Positions 30,639-47,151 of a stretch of DNA of 64,000 bases are shown piece by piece; the stretch's first letter is position 1; every line of letters begins with the position of its first letter. The notes beneath the pieces were generated by a model. That model searched no databases. It had not been told where the DNA came from and saw only the letters and a list, made by a program, of their open reading frames with translations. The stretch is taken from the NCBI GenBank assembly GCA_012295275.1, contig CM022676.1:9610001-9674000 (forward strand), written 5' to 3'. The position numbers and the translations under genes were made by a program. Origin of the DNA: Chrysomallon squamiferum. Lineage: Eukaryota > Animalia > Mollusca.

Positions 30639-32545
30639 TAATAATAATAATAATAAATAAATAAATAAATAATACGATAACAACTACTACAATAACGATT
30701 AAAACCAGCAGCAGCAACAAGAGTAATAATATATTACAAAAATATCACAATCAATATCATCGTCATTACCAGACAATAACGATAATAATAATAATAATGT
30801 AAAAATTTGGTCGTTGTTTATCGACAAAATTGCAATAAAACACGAACTAATTTCCAATAAGGCTAACAGACGAATAAATGCTGCTTTCATCATCATCATC
30901 GACAACAGTAACAACAACAACAACAGCATCACCAATAAAAACACGACATTAACCAAGATTAAAAGATAGAAGTTTTCTAACGTAAAATTCGCTACTTTTT
31001 CTTACGAACAATTCACAGAACGCCTGCTATAAAAACCTACTTGATACACGACTTCGGTTCAACAACCAGGTGAACCTTTGGTCCGTAAATTAGGCCTTCC
31101 GCTATGACGTAGATTGAAATGCTTGAGGCAGGTTCGAGAAGATGGTTTAATCAATGTCTGAGATAAAAATCGATATTAGTTAATGGATCAGATTACATGT
31201 AGTATTCGGAGACAATGCCATCTACGTCAAATATTTCTGAACAGTAATTTCCCCCTTTTCTCCAGTCTTCAGGATGAAGAGGTAGTTTTATATTTAAAAA
31301 CCGAGTTAATTAGGGATGGACACAAATTTGATTTGAAAGTGAAACGAAAAATCCTTTTAACGATATATCACATTATGCATTAATTGCTTGATAGAGTTAG
31401 CTTTGTAATAGCGGTATTTAATCTATATTTACAGAGCGGAAACCCGATTTCTGATAGATGGGTTATATTATATTAGATTGGTTATGGGAAGGTATATTTA
31501 GGTACTCCATACACATTGCAGTTATTGTAATAATAACAATAATAATAACAATAAAAATAACAACAACAATAATAATCATAATAATAATAATAATAATAAT
31601 AACAACAACAACAACAATAATAATGATTAAGATGAAGTCGACAGTGATGCAGCTTTGCAATGATGATGATGATTATGATGATGACAACGCAACGATACTG
31701 CCACTAGAACTGCTACTACTACCACTATTACTACTACTACTATTACTCCTACCAATACTACTACTAATGATAATGATAATGATGACCATAATGAAGATGA
31801 CTATAATGATGATGATGATGAAGACACGGTGACGTTAGACTACAATGATGATGACAACGCTAAAATTCTGCCGTTACTACCACTATTACTACATGTACTA
31901 CTACTACTAATGATAATGATAATGATGACAATGATGATCATAATAATAGTAATAATAATAATAATATACAAGTGTTTTTGTCCGTCCTTTTTTTGTATAT
32001 TTATTTGTTTATGTGTATGAATCCATAAATAGACGTTCTGAAATAAGCAGCTGTTTTATATATATATATATATAGATAGATTTATTTGCTAACACTAACA
32101 TGCAGTCATGAATCTTATATTAGTATATTTGTAATTATATAATTAATTTGTAGTTAATAATAATAACCATAGTTGCTGAAATGTACATTCATTTATTACT
32201 TATAAATAAATATTTGTTCTAGTTACATTAAACTCGCACGTTATGATCAGTGAATTTTTATTTTATTTTATTCCTACAAAAATATTTAATAAATTTTTAA
32301 ATTAATAAATATTTAAACAAGAGCGTATTTATACCTCTCAGATGGAAATTGTATTCATTATTAAAAAGAGCTGTAGTAAAGAAATACAAAAAAATAAATA
32401 AAAATAAAACAAATTAATTAGTTAATAAGTACGTACGTAAGCAAGTAGGTAAATAAAACAAACAAATAAATAAATAGAAAAACCACCATCCAAACAATTA
32501 GAAAATAATTTATTAAAAAATAATAAGCATCATCAATCAGAAATT

Positions 32546-32578
<33 letters not shown>

Positions 32579-32756
32579 TACAAATGTTTATGTCCATCCT
32601 TTTTTTTTTTTGTATATATATTTGTTTATGTTATAAATATTCATAAGGCTAAATTGGAAATCGTTTAGTCATTTCAGAATATACAAGGAGAATCTATTGA
32701 ATTTGGTTTACGTTAACTTTCGTTTTTTTTTTTTTTTTTTTTCCCCAAGCCACAGA

Positions 32757-36278
<3,522 letters not shown>

Positions 36279-37144
36279 TTTCGGGAACAGCAAGTTGCAA
36301 AAAATGAGAGTAAATTTTGTTCAGGTTCGTTTTAAACATTTTGTGAACGGAAATAAAATGTCAGATGAAAAATATTTACATAACTGGCTAATTTCACGAA
36401 AACAAACTTCCCAAATTAATTACGTCGGCGCGTAAGTCATTCGATTTATTTGGCGGGTGTCTCCCGTATGGAAACTAAAGGTGCGGCCACACTGAACGAT
36501 TGGTACATTTATTTTAAGTAGACGCTTTCTCGTGTGAGTTTTAAAACATCACTGACCAAACTGTAAAAAAACATTCATTTTAGTTATCAACGGAATTATT
36601 CAAATTAAAAGTTTATCGCAAATAATGTATTTTTATTGTTTATATTTCAGATTTGGGATACGATAGCGGAACTAGAATTTTATTTATTTATATATACAAA
36701 AATAATACATAAATTAATTAATAAAAATGAATGAATGAACGCGTCTGCGCGCGCGCGCACGCACACATACACACAAAACAGGTGTTTTTCAACATGTTTA
36801 ATAGCATTGTTTTTACAAATAAATATGCATAGCAACATTTGTCAATGCAATAAGCACACACGAAAAAGATTAATTAAAACATAAAACTGTCAAATTTGTA
36901 TTTTTATTATTATATTTATTTGAATTATCTAAACAAAATATTTAAAAAATTGTTTACTGAAGAATAACCGAATTATCTGAAGAATATGTACTAAAGATTG
37001 CTTATTATTATTTCTGCTAAAAATAATTTCAATTATTTCTACTAAAGATTATTTGAATTTTTTTCACCAGTGTTATCTCTATTCAAGATTATGCAAAGTA
37101 TTTCTACTGAAGATACTATTATTTTTATTTTTTATTTTTTTAAA

Positions 37145-37209
<65 letters not shown>

Positions 37210-37538
37210 CTCTAGACAGAATAGAGGAGAAAGCTCTCTGCAGTTAAACATTTTAAGTCGATGATTAGATGAAGTAACAAATTAAATCTAACTCAAGAAC
37301 ATTAATGAATATCTAGTGGAATATTATTTAAATGACTCATGTAGAATATCTAGAAAATATCTCAAATCGAATATTAGATTAAAGTATTGGCAGATTAGAT
37401 GAAGTAATTGCGACTTAGGATTAACTAAATAGCATCTTTAGCTGGAACGTTGAAGATTTACGATGATCGTAAAAAATGACGTTGAAATTTACGATGATCG
37501 TAAAAAATTATATTTATATTTACGATCTTTTTTTTTTT

Positions 37539-39005
37539 TTACACTTGATTTGCGTCTGTTGATTTAGTTCTTGTAGATGATTGTCTGGGACTCTTACGAC
37601 AACAAAGTAACTTCAGCCCGTTTCGAAATCGCGCACCGAACAAACAATAATAGACAAAGTTTACAGCTGAATTAAAGGTGTAAAAAACATTGGCCGTGAG
37701 GGTCAGTGTTGGGCAAGCCGCTGGTTTGCCTTCTCGAAACTGACCCACAGAGTCCCAGCAGAACAGTCTGTCCATCTGAAACAACAGCAGCGTGACGCAG
37801 AACGTGAATATTATCAACAACGTCATGCGAGTTATCTTGTCGACAACCTCCGATTTCGCTCCGGACACGGCGGAATTTGCCGAAGTTAGCTTCCGCGATT
37901 TTTGCCACAACGTGACGAGAATGGCCGTGTTCAGAATGACCAGAGCCACAGCTGGAAGAATGAAAAGGAAAACTACCTCCATGTACACCATGTATACAGG
38001 ATTGTAGAAGAAACTGACCTGCGGAGAGAAATTTCTTTCAAAATAGACGAATTTGGTGTAATTGTCGACGGGGTCGTACGCGATTTGAAGATAGCCCTGG
38101 AAAAACCTCGGTAAGTCGTACACGATCGAAACGAAGAGGATCGCGAAGCCTCCGATCTTTGCCGATTTCGTCGTGCACACGGTGACGGCTTTGAACGGAA
38201 AGAGAATCGCCACGAACCTCTCGGCTGCCAGCATCACCGTCGTGTAGATCGATCCAAAATGGCCGATGAACTCCATGGGTCGAAAGATGGCGTTGACGGG
38301 GACCACGTACAAGCCTGCGAGTCTGCCGGGGTCGATGAACTGTTTCAGGATGTGTCTCATGGTCAGAAAGAGAAGGTGTCGAAGGAGAATCAGCGAATCG
38401 AAAAACGACAGAAATATCAGCGTGGTGCTGTTGCACGACTTCATCATCGACGTCGACAAAACGCAGACGGACAGGCCGTTACCAAGGAGACCGAAGATGG
38501 CCACGCACGACCCGACTATGTTGAGCAAAAAATGATGAAGGAAGCTGAAGTTTCGAATTTTAGGGTTTTTCGTTGTTCGGTTGTTACCAGCGGAACAATT
38601 GGTGGTGCTCAGATCGTCAGTAATCAAAGGAGGTTCCACGCAAAGGTTTCCTTTGCTGTTTTTATCCTTCTGACGTAGTAAAGTTAGCGTAGGTGACGTA
38701 ATAATTTCTCTAACCGTCTGTGACGTAATCAGATCTAAATTCCACGTGTTTGTTTGCCGAAGATTCTCTGATGATGTAATTTCACTAATCTCTGACGTAC
38801 TCGTTTTTCTGACGTCAGCAGACACGGTAGTTTTTCTCATATTACTCGAAACAGTCGTTTCTTTTACATCATCTGACGTAGTAGTTTCTCTGACGTCACC
38901 AAACGTTGTGATTTCTCTTACGTCACCACCCGTATTTGCGGATGGCGTACTTTCCGATAGTTTAACGAGGGTAAAAATCAAGACACAAATAAACCTAGCC
39001 ATCAT
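37539..39005 (-). CDS. Class A (rhodopsin-like) GPCR, FMRFamide/sex-peptide-receptor-like family, 488 aa, single coding exon
   Basis: Seven hydrophobic segments with TM1 GLLGN, TM2 LSFFD, TM3 LAAERFVAI, TM4 YDLPRFF, TM5 FILP..LVILN and TM7 NSAVNFVYYCLFGARFR. N-terminal signal peptide and Thr/Ser-rich repeats. An acceptor (ctctgtcag) directly precedes the ATG, implying upstream non-coding exons. Confidence 0.92.
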   Translation of the reverse strand: MMARFICVLIFTLVKLSESTPSANTGGDVREITTFGDVRETTTSDDVKETTVSSNMRKTTVSADVRKTSTSEISEITSSENLRQTNTWNLDLITSQTVREIITSPTLTLLRQKDKNSKGNLCVEPPLITDDLSTTNCSAGNNRTTKNPKIRNFSFLHHFLLNIVGSCVAIFGLLGNGLSVCVLSTSMMKSCNSTTLIFLSFFDSLILLRHLLFLTMRHILKQFIDPGRLAGLYVVPVNAIFRPMEFIGHFGSIYTTVMLAAERFVAILFPFKAVTVCTTKSAKIGGFAILFVSIVYDLPRFFQGYLQIAYDPVDNYTKFVYFERNFSPQVSFFYNPVYMVYMEVVFLFILPAVALVILNTAILVTLWQKSRKLTSANSAVSGAKSEVVDKITRMTLLIIFTFCVTLLLFQMDRLFCWDSVGQFREGKPAACPTLTLTANVFYTFNSAVNFVYYCLFGARFRNGLKLLCCRKSPRQSSTRTKSTDANQV

Positions 39006-39488
39006 CTGACAGAGATACTATCTGTATAACTTTTATTAACACAGTAATGTATTTATAATAACATGCAGTCTTCTCATACAGTTTTACATTCCAAAATCGT
39101 AGATAAGTATTAAACACGAGGACTAAATATTAATCTTGTTTCCCCAGTCAAGTTAATGAAGTTACAATAGAACAGTGTTTTTGGTAGTTAGAGAGTGATC
39201 ATTTTGAAGGAGATGTATTACTAAATAATCGGGTTTTTGTTGCTGCTGCTGTTGTTGTGTTGTTGTTATTTTGTTTTATATATCTGATCGAGACGTTGCC
39301 TTCCTCGTCGATGTCCACGCCTAATTATCTGAAATGATATTAAACCAAAATTGGTGACACAACAAGAATTTATTTGTCTTTATTTAGGGATGGGAATTAT
39401 ATAAAGTAAATATGCAATATTTTGGTCTTCTAATAACTATTATCATAAAGAGTTTATATTTTTTTTCTTTCAGTAAATATTAAATAAA

Positions 39489-39552
<64 letters not shown>

Positions 39553-40411
39553 CTTCTAAATTGTTAACATTTAAAAAAAAAAAAAGAGGGAAAAATAAAT
39601 AAATAAATAAGAAAGAAAGAATAAAAGAAAAAAAGATTTCCTACCTGGATGACCGAATCCTGAACGTGTTTAACACAAAAACAGGTGAAAATTCTAGGAT
39701 TGTCAAAACAATGTTTGAAAACATTTATTCTTAATTGAAACATTTACATTTATGCTAATAAATTATGATTAGAAGGAAATCAGAGCTAAGTATTCGTACA
39801 ATGATTAATGACAGGGTTTGTATTCCTCATAAACGAAACAATGAAGGAAGGAAGGAAGGAAGGAAGGACTACAACAAACATTTTACTTACTAGTAACATG
39901 CGCTCAAATTACGCCCTCCGTTATTGTTTCCGGTTTCTCGTATTTTCGTGAATAAAGAGTTTCCGAGTTCTGTTGTTTTTACGATAATTTCTCCCTACGA
40001 ACTAATAGCCTCGTTCTCGCTTCGTTTAACATTCAGTAAACAAACCTCAGCTAAAGCGTTTGTAAACACATTTACAGATATTACTTGGGGCTATCATCAC
40101 AACATCGGCATCATAACCATCGTTGTCGTTACTGATATCGTTATTATTGTGACAGATGCTATTGTAAATAAATAAATAAACATAAAGAGATCACATACAT
40201 ATATATATACATACATACATACATATATACATATGCACACAGAAATATATACATACAAACATACGTATAGACATATACATACACATGCATACGAATACAT
40301 AAACCCATACATACAAACATACGTACGTACGAGTTTACATACATATATACATACATAAATGCATATCTACATACAACTATACACACATACATAAATATTA
40401 CACATACATTG

Positions 40412-40446
<35 letters not shown>

Positions 40447-40997
40447 AACATCCATTTCTACACTATATACACGCTAATGACAATTTTTTTTGTTTTTCCC
40501 CGTAATCTTTAAACTAACTGATTAAATTACACAAGTGGTTGATTTTATTGGTTTGTCAATTGATCCGGCGGAGCATAGTTTGGAACAGGAATTCGAATTT
40601 AAGTACGAACAAACAGTCTAACATAACGCAATTTCAAAATTGATTATCTTATTCACTGACACCATCCTTTCATAAAAATAAATCAACTGACAGTTATTAC
40701 ATGTAGTACAATGTACATGAAACAAATATTGTTTAGAAACACGTACATTTTATGACGTTATATATAAAATTAATATTGACTTGATAGTGACGTCAGACTT
40801 TTGAAGTGACGTCATTTTACTATCTTATATTAAAAAAAAAATGAATTTGTTAGAATACAGAGTTTATGATAAATATGCATGTATATATGTACCAAAAAGA
40901 AATAATAACAAAATATTTTTGTTTCGTTATTTAGAGTGGGTTTTATCTTGAAACCATCTCACTACAAAATTTTTTAAATTTCATTGTTTACACTAGT

Positions 40998-41283
40998 CAA
41001 ACTGCGGCCCGAGCGGGTTTCTGAGCGGCCCGCGTAATTTCACAAGGAAAATAACGTTAATTCAAATTTTATAAAATGAGTCTATATTGTCATCTACTAA
41101 TATACAAAAACACATGTAATTTTTCTTATTATTGTAACAGTTCCTGAAGTTAATGAAAATGAAAAATTTCTTAATATAAACTCTTCATAAAAACACAATT
41201 TTGACTAAATTAGTACCTGCGGCCCGCCTGGGAATGAGCCATGTCTTATGTGGCCCTTCTCGAAAAAAGGTTGCCCATGCCTG
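40998..41283. mobile_element. hAT (Charlie/MER58-like) MITE, left end eroded
   Basis: Right end GGTTGCCCATGCCTG followed by GTCTAGAC, subterminal GCGGCCC repeats, and a left remnant CAAACTGCGGCCC. Confidence 0.65.
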
Positions 41284-42334
41284 GTCTAGACGTTGGTTTT
41301 ATTCAAAAAACGAGAAGAAATGCGGATTACAAGAGGCTCAGTCTATGTGGACTTTTTTGTCTCACCCATTTCGCTGAAAACGAGGTATCATATACGTCGT
41401 AATTGTAATCGTTACAGTAACTGATCAGATTAGAGTTCATTTACGTTTTAAATTATTTATTTATTTATTATTCTTTTTTGCATTTAAAATAATAAATCTA
41501 TCAAAAAAAAAAAAAAAAAAAAAGAAGATTCATATAGCACGAATAAAATAACAACTACAGTATTAAAAGACACATTTCTTTCAAATCCACTTTTTTTAAC
41601 ATAAAGTTTTTTTTTTTTTAAATTTTCCTGTTTTAAAATCTTCAAGCTAGTCTGTTGATTATCTTATTCAATTCCGAAATGTGACTCATTTATTTTTAAC
41701 CACCATTTTAACATGTTCCCCATTGTGTTTACATTTATTCTAATATGTTCAAGTCCATGTCACTTTATATTTCATTTATTAGTTTACACTGTAAAGCACT
41801 TACTAAGTATGGAAATTGTGCTGCGTAAATATGGTGTAATATAATATCTATCTTTACCATACGAATACGGCAACTTAATCATGCGCAAATGCATATAGGT
41901 ATTAGACTCTGTAAAATCTGATGTTTTAATCAGTAATAATGAAACGTCTTGATATGCAATACTTTGGCTCGTAGAATCCTTTGTAACGTGGCAGTTTTAA
42001 ATGTAATTTTAAATGTAACTGAGAGTTTTGATAACTGAAATGTTTTTATAACTGTAACTATACTTGTGATCGTAATGCTGTAATTGCAAAAATGCTACTT
42101 GGTATTTTGGAGGGGGTGAGTGTGAAAGTATGAGTGTCATTTTGGAAAGTGAAATATTTTGACTGTAATCATAAGTGAAATTCTGTTCGTACGGTGTTGA
42201 TTTTCTTGGTAATGTGTAATTTTTGAAAAGGAAAATAATTTAAAGTGTTATTGATCCTCGTAGCTCTGCAGACAGCGTTTTGGGACAAATTTAGCAATAG
42301 TTGTGTTTAGTGTTTCCATATCAAATATAAAACA

Positions 42335-43068
42335 CAACGCACACGCACACACACACACACAGACACACAGATAAAGAAACAGATATACACACAGACACAC
42401 ACACACAGACACACATATACAAACAGACATACACAGATATACACACAGACACACACACACAGATATACAAACAGACATACACAGATATACACACAGACAC
42501 ACACACACAGATATACAAACAGACATACACAGATATATACACACAGACACAGATAAACAAACATATATACACACAGACACACACACGCAGAAACACAGAT
42601 ATACAAACAGACATACACAGATATACACACAGACACACAGTCACACAGATATACAAACAGACATACACAGATATACACACAGACACACATTCACACAGAC
42701 ATACACAGATATACACATAGACACACACAAACACAGACATACACAGATATACACACAGATACACACACAGACATACAGATTATACAAACAGACATACACA
42801 GATAAACACACAGACACACACAAACACAGACATACACAGATATACACACAGATACACACACAGACATACAGATTATACAAACAGACATACACAGATAAAC
42901 ACACAGACACACACACACAGACACACAGATATACAAACAGACATACACAGATATACACACAGACACACACACACAGAAACACAGATATACAAACAGACAT
43001 ACACAGATATACACACAGACACACAGTCACACAGATAAACACACAGACACACAAACACACACACAAAC
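42335..43068. repeat. CA-rich minisatellite (~40-bp unit, ACAGATATACAAACAGACATACACAGATATACACACAGACACAC)
   Basis: The unit recurs throughout and produces the spurious V/C/Y ORFs. Confidence 0.95.
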
Positions 43069-44059
43069 TACACGTAAGTTATTCTTTACGGTATTTATTG
43101 TAATAATTTTAAAAGCTTTCTACATTTGTCTCATTTCGTTTCTGATGCAATCAGTTTTAGTGAAAATTAAAAAGCTAAAAAATAAACAAACAAAGGAACA
43201 TTTATCTCATATTTTATTTACTGTTTTACAAAGTACAGAATGTTTTGTTTTCTGATTGTCTATTTATACATTAAGTTTCTTATATATATGTGTGTGTGTG
43301 TGTGTACGTGTATGTGTGTATGTGTGTACGTGTATGTATATATACACAAATGTATATATGTATATATATGTGTGTATATATATATATATATATGTATGTA
43401 TTATGTATGCATGTATATATGTATGTACGTGTGTGTATGTATATATATGTATGTATGTGTATGTGTGTATGTATGTATGTATGTAAATCAACTCAAGTTC
43501 ACTTACTTATTTTACTAATACGAGATCATCTTATATGTTCATCAATACGTTTATCATATCCTTTCCTATAAACGACATGACGTCACAAATTTACACAATT
43601 GCAAAATTACAATTCATTCCAACAGGTTTTTTTTTTTTTTTTTTTTTTTAATAAAAACCTTATGATCAAGACAAATATTCGTGTCACCTAAGACTTTAAA
43701 ACAATCACTAGCTGACCATAAGTAATCCAATTCTCGCAATAACAGACCGGTAACTTTAATTGTTAATGTTTCAAAGTTTGTTATTTAATAAGATTAACAT
43801 ATCAGCCTAAGCGTTCGAGCACGATGTTTGAAACGGGAACAATGCGATCACGACTCTTGTCTTAAGGTCTCATTAAAGATCTAATTTCAGAGATGATTGA
43901 GGGGATTAAACTGCATAAAGAGATTAGTCACGAATGCGAGGGATTAAACCGTGTAAAACAGATTAGTGTTGTCTGTGATATACGATCCGTACACACACAC
44001 AGGATGTAAAATAAATATGCAAAACAGACGAGTTAGAATTCAATGGACGAACTTTTTTA

Positions 44060-44104
44060 AGATAATGATTATGATTATTATATTATTAGTAGTAGTATTA
44101 GTAA

Positions 44105-44142
<38 letters not shown>

Positions 44143-45125
44143 ATAGAGTATTATTATTATTATTGTTATTATTATTATTAGCAGTTGCAGTAATAATATT
44201 AGTAGTGGTAGTTGTAGTAGTAGTAGTAACAGTAGTAGTAGTTATAGTATCAGTAATAACAGTAGTAGTAGTAGCATAATAATTAAGAGTATGATTATGA
44301 TTAATAATATTATTACTACTATTAGTAGTAGCGGTAGCAGTAATAATAGTAATAGCAATACTAGTAATAGTATTAGTAATAGCATAATGATTAAGAGTAT
44401 GATTATGATAAATATTAGTAGCAGTAGTAGTAGCAGTATCAATAATAATAGTAGTAGCATAATGATAAAAAATATGATTATGATTAATATTATTATTATT
44501 ATTATTACTATTGGTAGTAGCAGTAGCAGTAATAATAGTAATAGCAGTAGTAGTAACTGTAGTAGCAGTAATATAATGATTATAATTGTGATTATGAATA
44601 TTATTATTTGTAGTAGTAGTAGTAGTAATAGTAGTAATAGTAGCATACTGATTATAACTGTGATTATGTATTTTATTATTATTATTAGTAGTAGTAGTAG
44701 TAGTAAAGTATTAGTAGTATAATGATTATAATTATGAATATTATTATTATTATTATTATTATGAATATTATTATTATTATGAATATTATTATAATTATGA
44801 ATATTATTATTATTATTATTATTATTATTACTACTACTACTACTACTACTACTATTTTTTCCATTGTTATACGTGTATGTACTACTACTACAGTTTCTGC
44901 TACTACTGCTACAATAAGGATTAGTACAGTTATTAACTCCACGGCTATTACTACTATAGCTACTACTACTGCTGCTGTTGTTGCTGCTGCTGTTACCATA
45001 TCTATTACAACTACGATAATATTTATTACTACATACCTTAATGCATATCCAGTTTAATTAATTACTTGAATATTACGATCATTATTATTGTTGTTGTTGT
45101 TGTCGTCGTCGTTGTTGTTGTTGCC
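44060..45125. repeat. Compound trinucleotide microsatellite block (AGT/ATT/ACT/GTT)
   Basis: Directly visible low-complexity triplets. Confidence 0.95.
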
Positions 45126-45661
45126 ATCATCTTCTTTTACCTCAATTTCTCTCTCATGCTACAGATATGTCCATCTCGTCTGCAAAAAACGATTCGGCCT
45201 CGACTTCCGCCTGTTGTGACGTCATCAATAAATAGTGACAGTGGATGCATTTACTATTTTTGCATTAAGGTGATAGCAAACGCAACCTCTATCACACTTC
45301 ATATCTGACTCTGAAGATTCGTCTCTCGGTTTCCAGTTTAATCAACGTTTCATGTTGTCCTTGTTGGTAGTTGTTTTTCTGCTGTGGGTAGTTCACTTCA
45401 AACATTTCTTTCGTGACTGACGTCTTAGATATCGCTTGCTTTGACCATTGGGTAAAGACAGAGAAAGAGAGAGGCACAGATAGACAGACAAACAGACAGA
45501 CAGACGGAGATGGATCGATGGATGGATGAATGGACGGCCTGACAGAGAGAAAGAGAGAAAGATAATGGATGGATGGATGGATGGATGGACAGATAGGTTA
45601 TCTAAGTATTTAGTTAGAAAGAAAAACTCCAGAGAGGTAGAGAGAGGGAGAGGGATGGAGG

Positions 45662-45756
<95 letters not shown>

Positions 45757-46143
45757 GAAAAAATTGCGAAATAAGAAATTGAAACTGAATTTTGAAAAGC
45801 AGAAACACATTAACAAGCGTGTAAAATTAACAATAAAGATAGAACAAAGAGCCAGAACTTCACCTTCCAGACTGTAACACATCGATAAAGAATATTTTTG
45901 TATTTTTTGTGTTTTTGGTCCGTGGTTTGACGGATAGAGGTTAGCCGATATTATGCATTTACAATTTTAATATATTTGTTAACGCACAATATCCGCAAAG
46001 CTAGAGTCCGTCTCAGAATTATCTCCCTTCTGTTTGAACTCTTTGTTTCTGGATAAAATGTCTACAGCATTCATCTTGACTTGATATTATAATTAAGAAT
46101 TTTAAAGATTTTTATTGTAGTCCTCAGGTTTTCGTAATAGAAA

Positions 46144-46203
<60 letters not shown>

Positions 46204-46663
46204 ATTATTATTATTAACATTATTATTTATATTTTTAATTTAAAATCTTCTTTTTTTTTCATAATTGCAGAAATAATTTTTATACAGAACTTGGAATTAT
46301 ATATATATATATATATTTTGCTACTTTTTAATAAGGAACTATTTTCTGCTATCGCACTGTTTACAAATAAGGAAGAGGTAAAACGGTCATTCATAAATAA
46401 TTCAAGTTTCTTTCATGATATTAATACGCTCTTTATCAGTTCGTTTCCTTTTCGGTCGAATTCTTATTTTAAATCATCAGTTTGTTTCCCATGACAATGT
46501 TACCAGTCTACGACTGAGTAACCAGTAGACGGCCCTGTAACCAGTATTTGACCGTGTAACCAATTCATGACCATATAAGGAGTAGATGACCGTTTAACTA
46601 ATCTATGATCATGGAAACAATATATGACAAATCTGTGACAAATCTGTGACCGTGTATCCAGTA

Positions 46664-47151
46664 TATGATGGTAACCTGTTTTCATTTAAATGTTATCATT
46701 ATTTTATAAACAGTATTACATACGTACCTACGTCCTTACCTAGGTATATATACATATATATGCACATATATATATATACACACACACAAACACACATACA
46801 CATATATATAAAATACACATACATAGTTGTATACATATAGGCAATATTGCAATATGTATATGTATATTACATGTATGTGTGTGCATATATATATATATAT
46901 ATATATAAAATGCATGTACTACTATATCTACTATAATACATATATCTAAATTGCATTGTGTGTTTGTGTTTGTGTGTGTGTATATATATGTGTGTGTGTA
47001 TAATTATATAATTTTAAATATATATATACACACACACATACATGCACGTATATATGTATGTAACTAGGTAGATAGGTAAATACATAGGTACGCATGTAAT
47101 ATTGTCTATAAAATAATGATAACATTTAAATGAAAACACATTACCATCATA
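46664..47151. repeat. Long inverted repeat / foldback element
   Basis: Left arm TATGATGGTAACCTGTTTTCATTTAAATGTTATCATTATTTTATAAACAGTATTACATACGTACCTA; the right arm reverse-complements to TATGATGGTAATGTGTTTTCATTTAAATGTTATCATTATTTTATAGACAATATTACATGCGTACCTA. Confidence 0.85.

Noticed and set aside
31020-31290. TATA-like CTATAAAA plus a plus-strand micro-exon (ctccag|..GAAGAG|gtagtt)
   Set aside because: No coherent ORF or partner exons; such motifs are common by chance.
37672-39009. Antisense and alternative-frame ORFs over the GPCR
   Set aside because: Expected by-products of a long GC-richer coding exon; no recognisable motifs.
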